A stretch of 58,024 bases of DNA. It comes from Mesotaenium endlicherianum (lineage: Eukaryota). Numbering within the stretch: the stretch's first letter is position 1; each line of letters starts with the position of its first letter. The stretch lies in contig WELA01003208.1 in NCBI GenBank assembly GCA_009602735.1, forward strand, positions 327,230-385,253. The letters run 5' to 3'. Below are positions 27,058 to 39,325 of the stretch, piece after piece. The position numbers were made by a program, and so were the translations under genes. The notes under the pieces are model-generated. The model did no database searches, was not told the origin of the DNA, and saw nothing but the letters and a program-made list of their open reading frames with translations.

Positions 27058-29060
27058 ACGCTTGACACCTGGCGTGCAGAGGGGCAAGCTGGAGGAGGAG
27101 CACCGCAAGCTGCAGGCGGCCATCAGCGACCTCGACGACCTCCTCCTCCACAAGAAGCGCGTTCTCGAGGTCCGCGCAAACCCTACACCTAATATGTCTA
27201 AATCCTAAACCCGAATATGTCTAAGCCCCAGACCCTAATACTTTCAGACGCTAATACTATTGAACTCCATACCCTGATATCAACAAACCCTCATATTACC
27301 AAGCCCGATACTCTGAAATTTTCAAACCCCATACTCTAATACGTTCAGACCCCGAGCCCTACGTTTTCCAGCCCCAAGCCCTAACAACTCAGTACTTGCA
27401 GCCCTAATCAAACCCCTTCTCTAGACTCTGATATTGCCAAAAGCTATCTATTTCAACCGGGAGGAGTATATCAATATATTGGAGCCCTCATGAATTCGGA
27501 GCCCCCACCTCACATTTTGAAACCCCAGACCCTAGCTTACCCAAATTTTCTTGATCTTGAAGGACTGTCCGAGGCTTATAGGACCCTCACTTGTGATGCC
27601 TATGCTGCACTCTTCAGTGCAATGACTGATTAATTGCCTGACGGCATCTCTGAAGCCCCCTATTGACGCCCGCATCGAAACCCTTATATGCAACCGTTTC
27701 GCTACCCCAGCCCTGGGCATCGCTGGCCAGGGGAGTTTTCAGAACCAGAAACTGCCAAGATCTGCGGTCCTCTCTTCGGGAACTTTAACTCTCTCTCTCT
27801 TCTCACAACGATTGCTCTTGTCTCCAAATCCTGCCGCAGACACGCCCAGGTCAGTGCCCTGACGTCATAGGACAACACCACACCTCATCTCTCCTTCACC
27901 CCCCACGACAATTTCTTGTGTTCAATCCTTTCGCAGCCGCGCCCAGGCGGACGCCTTGACGTCATGAGACGACCCTAGTCACCACAATCTCTCCTGTCCC
28001 AACCTCATCCCAACCTCATCCCAGCCTCGTCCCAGCCTCACCCCAACCTCGTCCCCACAATTTCCCATGCGAACGTTGTCCGCGCCTCGTCTGAACCGGA
28101 ACTGATTAGGTTTTTCTGGTTGATGTCTGTCGGAGAAGGAAAAGGACCCCCTGGGACTGGACTTTCCGAAATAATGACAGTGATGACTTTCGACGTGCGC
28201 GAGCGAGCAGGTGGTGGAGAAGGAGGCCGTCGCGATAAAGTGAGAATTTGGAACGCCGCGCAGGACCGTGATGGAGCCCTCGTCAAACGCGGCCGACATC
28301 AGCGACGTCGACGTCATCGCCAACGACGCCTCCCTCATGGTCTGCCGCCCGCCACCTGGCAGCTCTCGGGCCCCACCTGGCAGCTCGCCCCCGTTTCCCC
28401 CCCCCCCCCNNNNNNNNNNNNNNNNNNNNNNNNNNNNNNNNNCCCCCCCCCCCGGGGGGGTCCTCTTCTCCTCTCCTTCTCTCTCTCACGACACACGCTT
28501 GCGCAAACACACTCGCGACACAAACAAGCTCGCGCAAACACACTCACCACACAAACACGCTACACGCTCACACACACACTCACGCTACACGCTCGCGCAA
28601 ACACACTCACAACATAAACACGCTCGCACAAGCACAAAGGCTACGGCAGACGTACCTGCGCATGCTTTTGACAAGCACACGCAATATCTCGCCAAGCTGG
28701 TTACCTATAGCCGTGCACTTTCAATCTTTGCAAGGTGGCACCCATGCAGACCCCCTTGCGCCCGGACTCTCTCGCAGAGTATGACGGCACCCGTTGGGAG
28801 AAGCACTGGTGCAAGTGTGCTGCTTCTGCTTGTTTGAAGAAACCTACTTCAGTCACGCGGTTGTGGCAGTGCTATCGGCGGAGCAGTGACAGGATGTGAC
28901 AGTCACGGGTCAGGATTTAGGGGTTAGGGCTTAGGGCTCAGGACCACGCCAAAATTCAAAGGTGCACATAAGGGAACCCTAAAGTCCACCCTCTACCCTC
29001 AAATCAAACCCTAATATTAAACATCTGACGTGGGCTTTGATTGGAGAGTCCGTCGTCCAG

Positions 29061-32000
29061 GAGGCAGATCCAATGCAGACCAAACTGTCCCGCCAGGTGG
29101 CAGCAAGTGGGGTGGGGCTTCACAGCGGGGAGGAATCAATGGTCCGCCTCCTCCCTGCCGCTGCCAATTCCGGGAGGTTCTTTGTTCTTAAACCTAAACC
29201 CTCAGGCGACGGGGGCAGCGCATCGGGCACAGAAACCCCGAATTTGGGAGAAGAGGGGGACAAGAGGGAGGATGTCATTCCTGCCCACGTGGGGTGTGTT
29301 GTTGACACCAGGCTGAGCACAGGTGTCAGCGTGGGGAGGGGCCGCGTGCAGACGATCGAGCACCTGATGTCGGCTCTGGAGGGCATGCGCGTGGACAACG
29401 TGCGGATTGAGATCGACGGTGGGCACGAGGTGAGGGATTTTGTTAGGGTTTGGGTTTAGCGAGTAGGGCTTCGGGTTTAGGGTGGGGGCAGGGATTGGCA
29501 GCTTAGGGATGGAGGGGCCCAGCCTAGGGTGTGTTGGTACGGCTCAAGTTTGGGTTAGGTTTGGCAGGGGTTGGCATGGGCTGGCAGGGCTTAGCTTTGG
29601 GTCGGCGGGACTTGAAAATTCTTGTAGGTGGGGTTGAAAAGGGTCAGTAAGAGTACGACGTTCCTCTAGACGTGCTGTTGTGCCGTCTTCCTCGCGGGTG
29701 GTCCTGGTGGCGTGGCACCCTAAGAGCCCTCAACCCTCGACCCTTTCAAGAGCCCCCATAGGCTCGAATGCGAAGGCTTTGGGTGCCCGCCCGCGGACTT
29801 TGAGGACGCGCCTCTCCTTGAATCGCATCTCCTCGACAAGAATAGAAGTCTGTTGGGACCTTATCATGCAAAGGACACCTGACACACCAGCCTGACACAC
29901 CAGAAATAATCTCCTGCCTCTAAACCCCGGGTGTCGGAGCCCGCCCCTCCAAACCATCAGAGAGCCTAGCCTCGTCCTAAAACCCCCACCCTGGGGCATT
30001 ATTGCACCAGCCCTACGTCTGGGAAAGGTGCACACACATGGCAACCCCGTGCTGTGCGCCAGCTGGCGAGGGGGCAACCCTAGAGATGCTCAGCACCGAA
30101 GCTTCAAAGAGATCTCTCTTCTGTGGTGCATAGAGAAGAGCGGTACAGCCGAAGTAACCATTGGGGGGGATAGGGTCTGGCTGTTTGCTGATTACGTCTG
30201 AGCAAGCTTTGGACGCGCCAGGAGGTGCCTTGCGATAGGGGATTGGTAAGATTTATAGAAATTAGGGTTTTGGTTCAGGAGCAGAATCCCCGTGCACAAC
30301 ATCAAGGTTCTTGGGAGCATGCTGTTGGTGGGGGACAGAGTGGCAAGTGGGGAAGTTGGAAAAAAAAGATGGGGGGGAACCCGAAACCCTAAATTTGGAC
30401 TGGGGAAACTAAAGGAGGGGGAGGAAGAGCGAAGAGTGGAGGTAGGGGCTGAGACGAAACCTTTCCACGTCCTCCGTGAGGGCCCAAGTGGGGGACAGCT
30501 TTCAAAATTGGCAAGCATCGTACGTGGGCCTGGTCGTGTTTCGCCACGCGACTGGCAAAGTCCAGTGGCTGGGAGAAACCATTGTGAAACTAAACTCCAA
30601 ACCCTTCAACCCTAAACCTCTGGCCTCACGCCCTGTCTCACAGAAAGCTGAAGGGCGAGACACCTCCGCCTGCTCCGCCTGCTATGCTCTTGTTCGTGTG
30701 CGAAATTTTGAGACCCTTCACACGCTAAGCCCCGCCAAGCTTGTCAGCCAAGCTTGTCATATGCATCAGCAGCCGTCGCGTCGTTACTCGTTTCCGCGAC
30801 ACCTGTGCTTCCCGTGACCCGTCGCCTCTGAGCTTGCTGCCACCGCTCCTCTCTGGTTTCTCAGGTCCCTCAGGTCCCTCAGGTCTATACTTCGGCCCGA
30901 GAGCCTTCATGTCCCTCTTAATCCCACGGACCTTGCAGGCACTCTCTTGCCTCTTCAGACTCACACCTCTGGCAGCTCCCACGACAGCTCCATCGCAGAC
31001 CCCTGCAGCCTGCAGCTGCTGCAGCTTCGACAAAAACCAAGAGCCGCAGCAGCCACCGCCGCACGCTGTTCTCTTCGGAAGAATGTGAAGGCCTTACGCT
31101 CGTGACTTGCAAACTTTGAAGTGCAGCGGGCAGGCCTGTCTTTTCTTGTTGGGGGAGGGGGGGNNNNNNNNNNNNNNNNNNNNNNNNNNNNNNNNNNNNN
31201 NNNNNNNNNNNNNNGGGGGGGGGGCAGGGGGGATGCGTTTGAGTTGATGCAAACCCTAGATGACATTCACGAGCTTCCAGATGCATGCACTGAGGAGGGG
31301 TGGTGCATGCCCCCTTGGGGACTCCAGTTTGGTTCAGATTGAGTTGGTTCAAGCGAGAGGCAACATGGGGGTCGTTGCTCGGTCAACTCTGCCCTCCACC
31401 TGTCCTGCCACGGGTGATGTTCTCGAGAAACATCTTCATGCGTGTCCTTCATGGGGGGTTGGGAGTCTTGACTGTCTTCTATCCATATGTTTTTGAAAGA
31501 ACATATGGATATCTTTGTGTGTTTTCGATGGTGACTGTCTTAACCAGAAGAAAGAATCGATCGGAAGAGACTGAAGAAGACACATCAGCATGAACCGGGA
31601 AAGAAAAAGAAAAAGAAAGAAAAAGAAAAGAAATGAAATCCCATATACACATTACCCGCCGCTCAAAGATCGCCTGTTGTCCCGTCTCGTGCGCCACGCC
31701 ACCTGTTGCCGCCAGTTGCCTCTCCTGGACGGGTCCGCCAGAGATTGGGTCCAGCTCATCCAGCCAGCAGGCGTCCAGGTGGCGCTCGATGGCCAGGGGG
31801 GGACCACTCCTCTCACCCGAATGGTTGTCAAGTGCCCCGTCAGCGTCCACGAGGGCGATGCGTTTGTGGCTGCCATGCCCTCACCCTACCCACTGCTGAC
31901 ATATGGCATCAATTTTCCGCAAGTAAGGGCTTCTTCTCTCTCACGCACTAAACATCGCGCATTTGTATCCTTCCCACTTGTTTTGTACATTTCTCTTTGT

Positions 32001-32102
32001 TTGTGTTTTACTATGGATGCTATGCGCGCGCATGGATGAGCTTGCGCATATCAATGTGTGCGTGCACATGTGTTTCTCTGTGCGTGTATGCGTGTGCGTG
32101 GG

Positions 32103-32159
<57 letters not shown>

Positions 32160-32998
32160 GGAGGGAGGGAGGGAGGNNNNNNNNNNNNNNNNNNNNNNNN
32201 NNNNNNNNNNNNNNNNNNCGGGAGGGAGGGAGGGAGGGAGGGAGGGAGTCAGTGTGCCTCTGTGTCTGCGGAACTGGAGTGATTGGCCTTGTCCGCGTCA
32301 ACATTGCTTCAAGCCAAACATACGTGGGTATCCAACGATGTGTGGAAGGGCTGGTGATGACCAAACACCTGTCCTGCTTAAGGTCGTGGCTTGTTGGCTT
32401 GTACGTCGTGTTGTCCCTCCCGTTTGAAGTCTCCTTGCCCACAAAACCCACCCTCCCCCACCCCGTATTTCCCTCCCAGGCACCAGTGTGGGTGGGCGGG
32501 GGAGGAGGCGAGGGAGGGCTATGGAGTCGCCTGTGTGTGTCCATAACACGTGGCAGCACCCCAGTGCTTAGATGCTTATTCCAGGGCTAAAAATGTACAG
32601 TGTGTAGTTGAGCTGACTCGTCTTATATCTGTGTCCGTGTCTCTTTGGGGAGGTGACAAGTCCAGCGTATACCAGTCTAGCCTGAGGGGCAGTGTGAAAC
32701 CGGTTCCATTTGCAGCAAGTGCATGCGCTACCCTGCCTCAGAGGAAGCGAGAGGAAGCGCGGCGTGTCGTGTGCACCCCTTACATGTATTCGCAAACAAT
32801 TACTTACTCCCTGTCATGTTTATATGCGACAACAAAATTATTGGTGATGGTTGCATGCTCTCGCCTGCCACTGACGAGATGAGTGGGGTCAGCTGCCAGT
32901 GGTGGGCAGGCAGCGGTACACGTGGCGGGCCGACGAGCAAGCGGGCCACGAGTACGCGACAGATGTTGCGCAGGCTCAAACTTTTGGCATCCTAGAGC

Positions 32999-33036
<38 letters not shown>

Positions 33037-34331
33037 ATGTGCGCGCGCGCCTGTGTGTGTGTGTGTGAGTGTGTGTATAATTATGCATGTATGGGTATAT
33101 GGTGTAACATTTCAGGTCCAGGGTTTATTTGTTCTGAACAAGTGAGTAGAACGTGTGCAACTTTGTTGGGCACGTGTGCGTGCGAGTGCACGTGCGCGCG
33201 TGTGTATGTGTTTGTGCGCGCGCGCGCCCGGGCGGGAGTGCGCCAACAATGTCTGGCTCGATATCATCAATGTACTCGCAACGTGGTATGCTGAAAGCCC
33301 ATCATTGTCTACTCAGTTGTCAAGTTACTCAGAGCGCGGGCTCGTGCACATTTAAACAGTCAAGTTCAGACGATGCTTACCTGTCGTTGCGCTCACTCTC
33401 CGCAACCTGCCATGCGCCGTGCAGCTGGAGCAGCTGAGAGCCGTAGGGCTCATCAAGGGGGGCTCTTTAGACAACGCCCACATGTGCAGGTAGGTAGGCG
33501 TGTGAGCATCCATCTCAGAAACTTCTGCGGCGTATGCATCAATTTGTAGGCTTGTGTAGACACCTCGCATGCACGCGTTCTCTTTCACGCGCATTGGTGT
33601 CTGCGAAGCGTATGTGCATCTGCTCGTGGAGGTGTCAGCACGCACGTTATCTGGGCATGTACACTTGCGTTCAGAGTTGATTACAGTTGCCAGTGTGTGC
33701 GTGCCACAAATTGCCAAGTGGCGCTCGCGGCTGCATGAACATTTGTCCTTCCCTTCTTCCTCTCCTCCCTGCAATCTTGTCCCTGCCCCTCGTTGATTTC
33801 CCCTTCCGGCGCCTCTACTGCAGCAACATGCCCCGGTGCTCCTGGGTTTATCTGCGTGCTGAATGGGGGCGCGCATCTATGTGTATGATGGTATGTGGGA
33901 CTTATATTTTCTTCGCACTTGCAAGGAGCTGCCCCCCCCCCCGCTTCGTCCGGCCCGCCACTCTCAGCAGAGGCACACCTCAGTTCTCCGGCTCCCGCAG
34001 AAGCCCCGACGTTGCTCAAAACTACGACAGCAGAGTCCTCCTCCGCTTCAGGGAAGGCCAACGCCATCTCCGCCTCTGCTTCCGCAGAATCAGAATCCAG
34101 ATGGCTGCCCCAATCGACCTCAAAGTCCATCGTATGCGCAGCAGAAGTCATTGTCCGAGAACTCTGCGTCGTCGTCCGAGTCGAACTCGATGTCCGAGGG
34201 ATCGTCCAGGTCGCATCCCTCCTCGTCATCGTCGAAGTCGCCCTCCGGCACCCACATGCCGTACAAGTGGCCCTGCAGGGTGAAGAAGACGAGGACAAAG
34301 AAGAGCCCGCGGCTCCCAAAAAACTCCTTTN

Positions 34332-34377
<46 letters not shown>

Positions 34378-35155
34378 CACACGCACACACAGAGTAGCAC
34401 GCGCACAGGCGAGCGTGCGCGCAGACATGCTGCTCCTCGTGACTCCCTCGTCCAATCTTCACGTCCAGCCCTCGGACTTGACGAAGGACCCCGTCCAGAA
34501 TTCCATGAAGCGCAAGTATCACTCCTCGAGTGCTTGAGAGGCTCCGGGTGCTCCTCTTTTCTTTCTCATGCACCGCAAACCCCCCTCTATGGACCCCGCC
34601 TCTCCAAGCACGTATGAGAACCTCCAACCCTGCCCAACCATCTTCTCTGTGCAACCATGTGCAACCATGTGCGATACAGCATGAAGACTGGATGGGTGAA
34701 CCCGCCTCTGAGATACGAAGACGAGTCTTGCCGCCACAAAATGCTTGACCTCATTGGTGACCTGGCGCTCTGCGCCCGCCCGGGCCAATCTGGCGTCCCG
34801 TTGGGCCACATCATCGCTTACAAGGTAGCGCACTTGCCCATGGTTATTCTCTTGATTAGTCTTATGTTATATGTATATTATACTATATTCATACAAACAA
34901 AACCATTGTAGCCATTGGTGCATGTGTGTGTGGAATGTAGATGTGAATTGTTATGTACATGTGCGTATCTACGTGATATGTTGATTTTATTACAAAAATA
35001 GTGGGTAATTCTCCACTTTTCTGTTGGTGAATGTGCATAGCTTTGAATTTGAATGACATTGATTTTTCATGCATGTAGGTGAGTGTATGTTTGAGCCAAA
35101 TCATTTTCTTGCTCCCACTCTCCAGAGTACAGTAATTTCATTGCGGCTTTAGTGC

Positions 35156-35203
<48 letters not shown>

Positions 35204-35761
35204 NNNNNNNNNNNNNNNNNNNNNNNNNNNNNNNNNNNNNNNNNNNNNNNNNNNNNNNNNNNNNNNNNNNNNNNNNNNNNNNNNNNNNNNNNNNNNNNNN
35301 NNNNNNNNNNNNNNNNNNNNNNNNNNNNNNNNNNNNNNNNNNNNNNNNNNNNNNNNNNNNNNNNNNNNNNNNNNNNNNNNNNNNNNNNNNNNNNNNNNNN
35401 NNNNNNNNNNNNNNNNNNNNNNNNNNNNNNNNNNNNNNNNNNNNNNNNNNNNNNNNNNNNNNNNNNNNNNNNNNNNNNNNNNNNNNNNNNNNNNNNNNNN
35501 NNNNNNNNNNNNNNNNNNNNNNNNNNNNNNNNNNNNNNNNNNNNNNNNNNNNNNNNNNNNNNNNNNNNNNNNNNNNNNNNNNNNNNNNNNNNNNNNNNNN
35601 NNNNNNNNNNNNNNNNNNNNNNNNNNNNNNNNNNNNNNNNNNNNNNNNNNNNNNNNNNNNNNNNNNNNNNNNNNNNNNNNNNNNNNNNNNNNNNNNNNNN
35701 NNNNNNNNNNNNNNNNNNNNNNNNNNNNNNNNNNNNNNNNNNNNNNNNNNNNNNNNNNNNN

Positions 35762-35841
<80 letters not shown>

Positions 35842-36068
35842 CACAAGTCATGCAGTTATACGGGTTTAAAGCAATTCATGTGTCAATATAATAATTAAGC
35901 TTGTGATTATGGCCTTATTAAACAACGTGTTGTGTTGATTCGTATCGTGTCGAGCAGGCCAGTCACGGTTTGCACGTCAAATTTGGCCTTGCTTTACTCG
36001 AGGCTTGCGAGGAGCAAGCACTTTCCAGGGAGTCGGATACAAGCCCAGGCCTGCTTCCTACATCTTGA
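29061..36068 (+). CDS. lpxC: UDP-3-O-acyl-N-acetylglucosamine deacetylase LpxC (plant type); 5' end uncertain
   Basis: Exons 29061-29429, 31716-31922, 32893-33000, 33425-33489, 34680-34824 and 35958-36068 (TGA) are all GT-AG and in frame. Motifs: QT..GVGLHSG, TIEHLMSALEGMRVDN, PLLDGSA, GLIKGGSLDNA, NPPLRYEDESCRHKMLDLIGDL, IAYKASHGLH. An in-frame ATG lies at 29073. Confidence 0.92.
33950..34570 (-). pseudogene. Antisense two-exon gene fragment nested in lpxC intron 4
   Basis: Segment ..GVILALHGILDGVLRQVRGLDVKIGRGSHEEQH ends at GT (exon end 34427). An intron with (GA)n and CTGCAG acceptor follows. The next segment starts at 34272 in phase: GHLYGMWVPEGDFDDDEEGCDLDD..; acidic coding-like sequence continues in another frame. 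Confidence 0.45.
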
Positions 36069-37651
36069 CGTATTTAGCCTAAACTCTTGTAGCTCTTTTG
36101 AGAGATACTCCCCGCTCTTTTTCTCCGCATTGTGGTGCACCTATAAGACTATTTGTTAGACTAATTGTCAACGTCCAAAGTGTATGATATCTAGTTGTAC
36201 TTCTATTTCAATGTCAATGTATCAACTTTAATATCCTAGGTGAGCCCGTGAGACGAAGAGGAAGCATTTTTAGCAACAAGATACCACTTATATTGGCTTG
36301 CATGTCCCCAGGATCAAATAACACGACGATAAAGAAATCATCAGTCTAAACATATGTGCAAGTGGGAGCCACTGGCAGGGGATATCACTTGCTGACTAGC
36401 TGCATGCTTGATAGTTAAGCTTTGGTAGTCCTCATCTTAAATTTCTTGGGTCGGTCATGATAGGTTTCTTAAATTGTTGTTCCTACGAGCTGTGTGCCTG
36501 TCGAGTTGAAACAATTGCAACGCTCTAGACTTTTTTATAATACTAGATATTGTTACTATTTTAATTACTTATATATATGGCATATTGAAGGTGTTACACT
36601 CGATGATTTAAATTGTTGAATATTATGTCAATTGTAATTGCATGTGTATATGATGTTGTAAGATGTTTCACATGTTAGTCTTTAATTTGGAAAGTGACAA
36701 AGAGCATATTGATGTACACCGTTAAGTAACTTGTGGTGATTGACAGTTGAATATTATTTTATATTTATAAGTCGTGCTATTTACATTTCGAAATGTTATA
36801 TATGATATGCATATTATATATATGGAGATGATATTTTCAATTATATTTACGATCATTGTGTGTACATATGCGTGAAAGTGTATTTGTATACACATATATA
36901 AATGTTATGGCTATGTATATTTATGATAATAACATATAAAAATACCACCCATAGGATCAAAAGTACCAAATTATCTCTGTCCATAATTTTTATTTTGCAT
37001 TTTCACCATACGTATACTCACACTTTTTACTTAGTCGATACAAAAATATTTCCAGATACAATAACTATTGTAACTAGAAGACCATGATATTCTGAAATCC
37101 AAAATAAAAAAAACGTTCCCACCATGTTAATTGTCTTAATTTAATTTGGTACACCAATTGACAAGAAATATCATGAAGAACTTCAAATTCTACTTTATAT
37201 AAAACTTTATTATTGCATCCACACATTTTTTGAAACAAACTAACTGACATGCAACGTCAATTCTCTTCTTTACGATAATTTTGTGATACTTCTACTGCAA
37301 GTAGTCATCAATGTTTTGTACATCTGTGTCATCCTTAAATTCATGAATTTATTGTAATGAATTTTTATGTATATAATGTTTTCAAAATCTACTTCATCCG
37401 CCCCGTCTCTTGCGCGTTTGTGCCTGCCTGCGCCATCTTTGCGGGAATTTTCCATGCCAATCACCCGATCTTTGCCTGCGGCAAATAGAGCCTCCTCGGC
37501 CCTTTGACTATTCGATGGCGGCGGCGGGTGATTCATATCAACAGGTGCCCTTGAATGAGAGATCATGCCAGCGTCCGATTGGTCGTAAGGCGAAGATCAG
37601 TCATACAAAACACATGTGGACTCAACTTTTTTTCAACAACAATAATTCACC

Positions 37652-37696
<45 letters not shown>

Positions 37697-37703
37697 NNNN
37701 NNN

Positions 37704-37776
<73 letters not shown>

Positions 37777-38076
37777 TCTGACACTCTATCTCTGCCTGTA
37801 AAAGGAATCAACCAGATATACACATATATATAAGACTTGAACTATAAGTAGAAATACTACATGCACGCAACCAAGACTATGAATATGGAGACCAAGGATC
37901 TATGTGATGTTATATCGTCTGCTTAACTGCAGCTACACTCCCCATGCACAACACACATACACAACGAGCATATATCAAAACACAAGAAGTAAAAACTAGA
38001 AGAAATAAAAACAAACAACACTGTTGCAGGCACACAAGGACAAATCAGCCACATATTAATTGAGGGGATGCAGTAC

Positions 38077-39325
38077 CTTGTGATCCCACAAACGGGTGAT
38101 TCTGGCTAGCTTGATCCTTGCTAGGGACACCCCTTTCTTGTGCCTCGGCTGCTCCTTTCCCAGCCCTTGCTTCTCTGGCATCTTCCTCTTGTCGGATGCT
38201 GCCTTGAGTCTGGTGTACCCTGGCAAATTTGGGGCAGGTGTCGATGTGCTTTGACGATGTGCCGCAACCCACGCAACACGGTTTTTGTCGGTTAGCATCC
38301 CTGGATCTGCACACACACAAACATGCAAGGAGCAGCATGGAGGGTTACTCGTGGATAAAGAGAATGGTGAATCGAAAGACGTGCGAAGAAGCAATTGTTG
38401 ATCCGTCGATGCCATTCCCCACGAACGTCACAAAAACACCTTACGCAAATGAGCAACGTAATAGGAACTAAACCTGCTCATTCATTGAGTAAGCATATTG
38501 CAAATGCTGCAAACACCACAGCAGTCTCGATGGAGTGATGGGTTGAAGTTCTCGTTGCTAAGGTTTTTGCAAAGCAGGTGAACTATGGTGATGGCCGAAA
38601 CATACCGTAACGCTTGTCGTTCACTATTGTGCATCTCCGAATCGCTGTGTTGCTCACCGTGTTTGTCGGTGTGCACTGCAAGGGTAGGCACGGCATTCTT
38701 CTTAAAGCATGGTCGTTGGACCGGGCACTTAGGTATCCGTCCCCTGCTCGACGGCATGAATGCGGCTGAGACGCGCGGCGGGGATCAACTCTATTTTGCA
38801 GACTCTGGCTGTTCGAACGCAGCAGCACGGATGCGACCGCTGTGTTGTCTCCTAGCCAACTCAGGCTGCCGCGCAGTGTGATGTCTCGACGAGTTCATCT
38901 TCCACCTCGCCACCACCTTCAGGGGTGATGTTGTTGCCTACACATTTGTCCTTCCTGGCGGATTGTAGGACGCCCCCCATGTTGGAATGCGATGGGCGCC
39001 CTCCTCGGACAACCCGCTTAACAACACCTTGGATTCTGGCGTCACCCGATGCACGTGTCTCTTGCCTTGACAGACGCGACCAAACCAGTGGTCCTCCACC
39101 GCTGGTCCTGTGAGCGGGTGCGGTGAGCGGGGCAAACCACCGCTCAACGGTCACTGCGTTTTCCCATTACAGGCGTGGTAGGAACAGTGAATCCAATTGC
39201 TTCTTGTATTGTCAATTTCAAGCAGATTGGCTAGCCTGCCACTGCATCGGGTGAGGCAGGTTTGTAGCCAAAGGGGGTCCGGACCCTTGAGGTGGATTCG
39301 TAGCTGAGACGTCTGGCGCCTTCAC
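38077..39325 (-). pseudogene. Decayed spliced gene remnant of unknown function
   Basis: Acceptor TGCAG at 39326 follows a long T/C-rich minus-strand tract. Donor G|GTGAGC at 38658 (phase 1) matches acceptor TGCAG|AT at 38306. Exon 38306-38077 is open (DPGMLTDKNRVAW..RLWDHK|GT). The larger exon has stops or frame changes. Confidence 0.35.
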
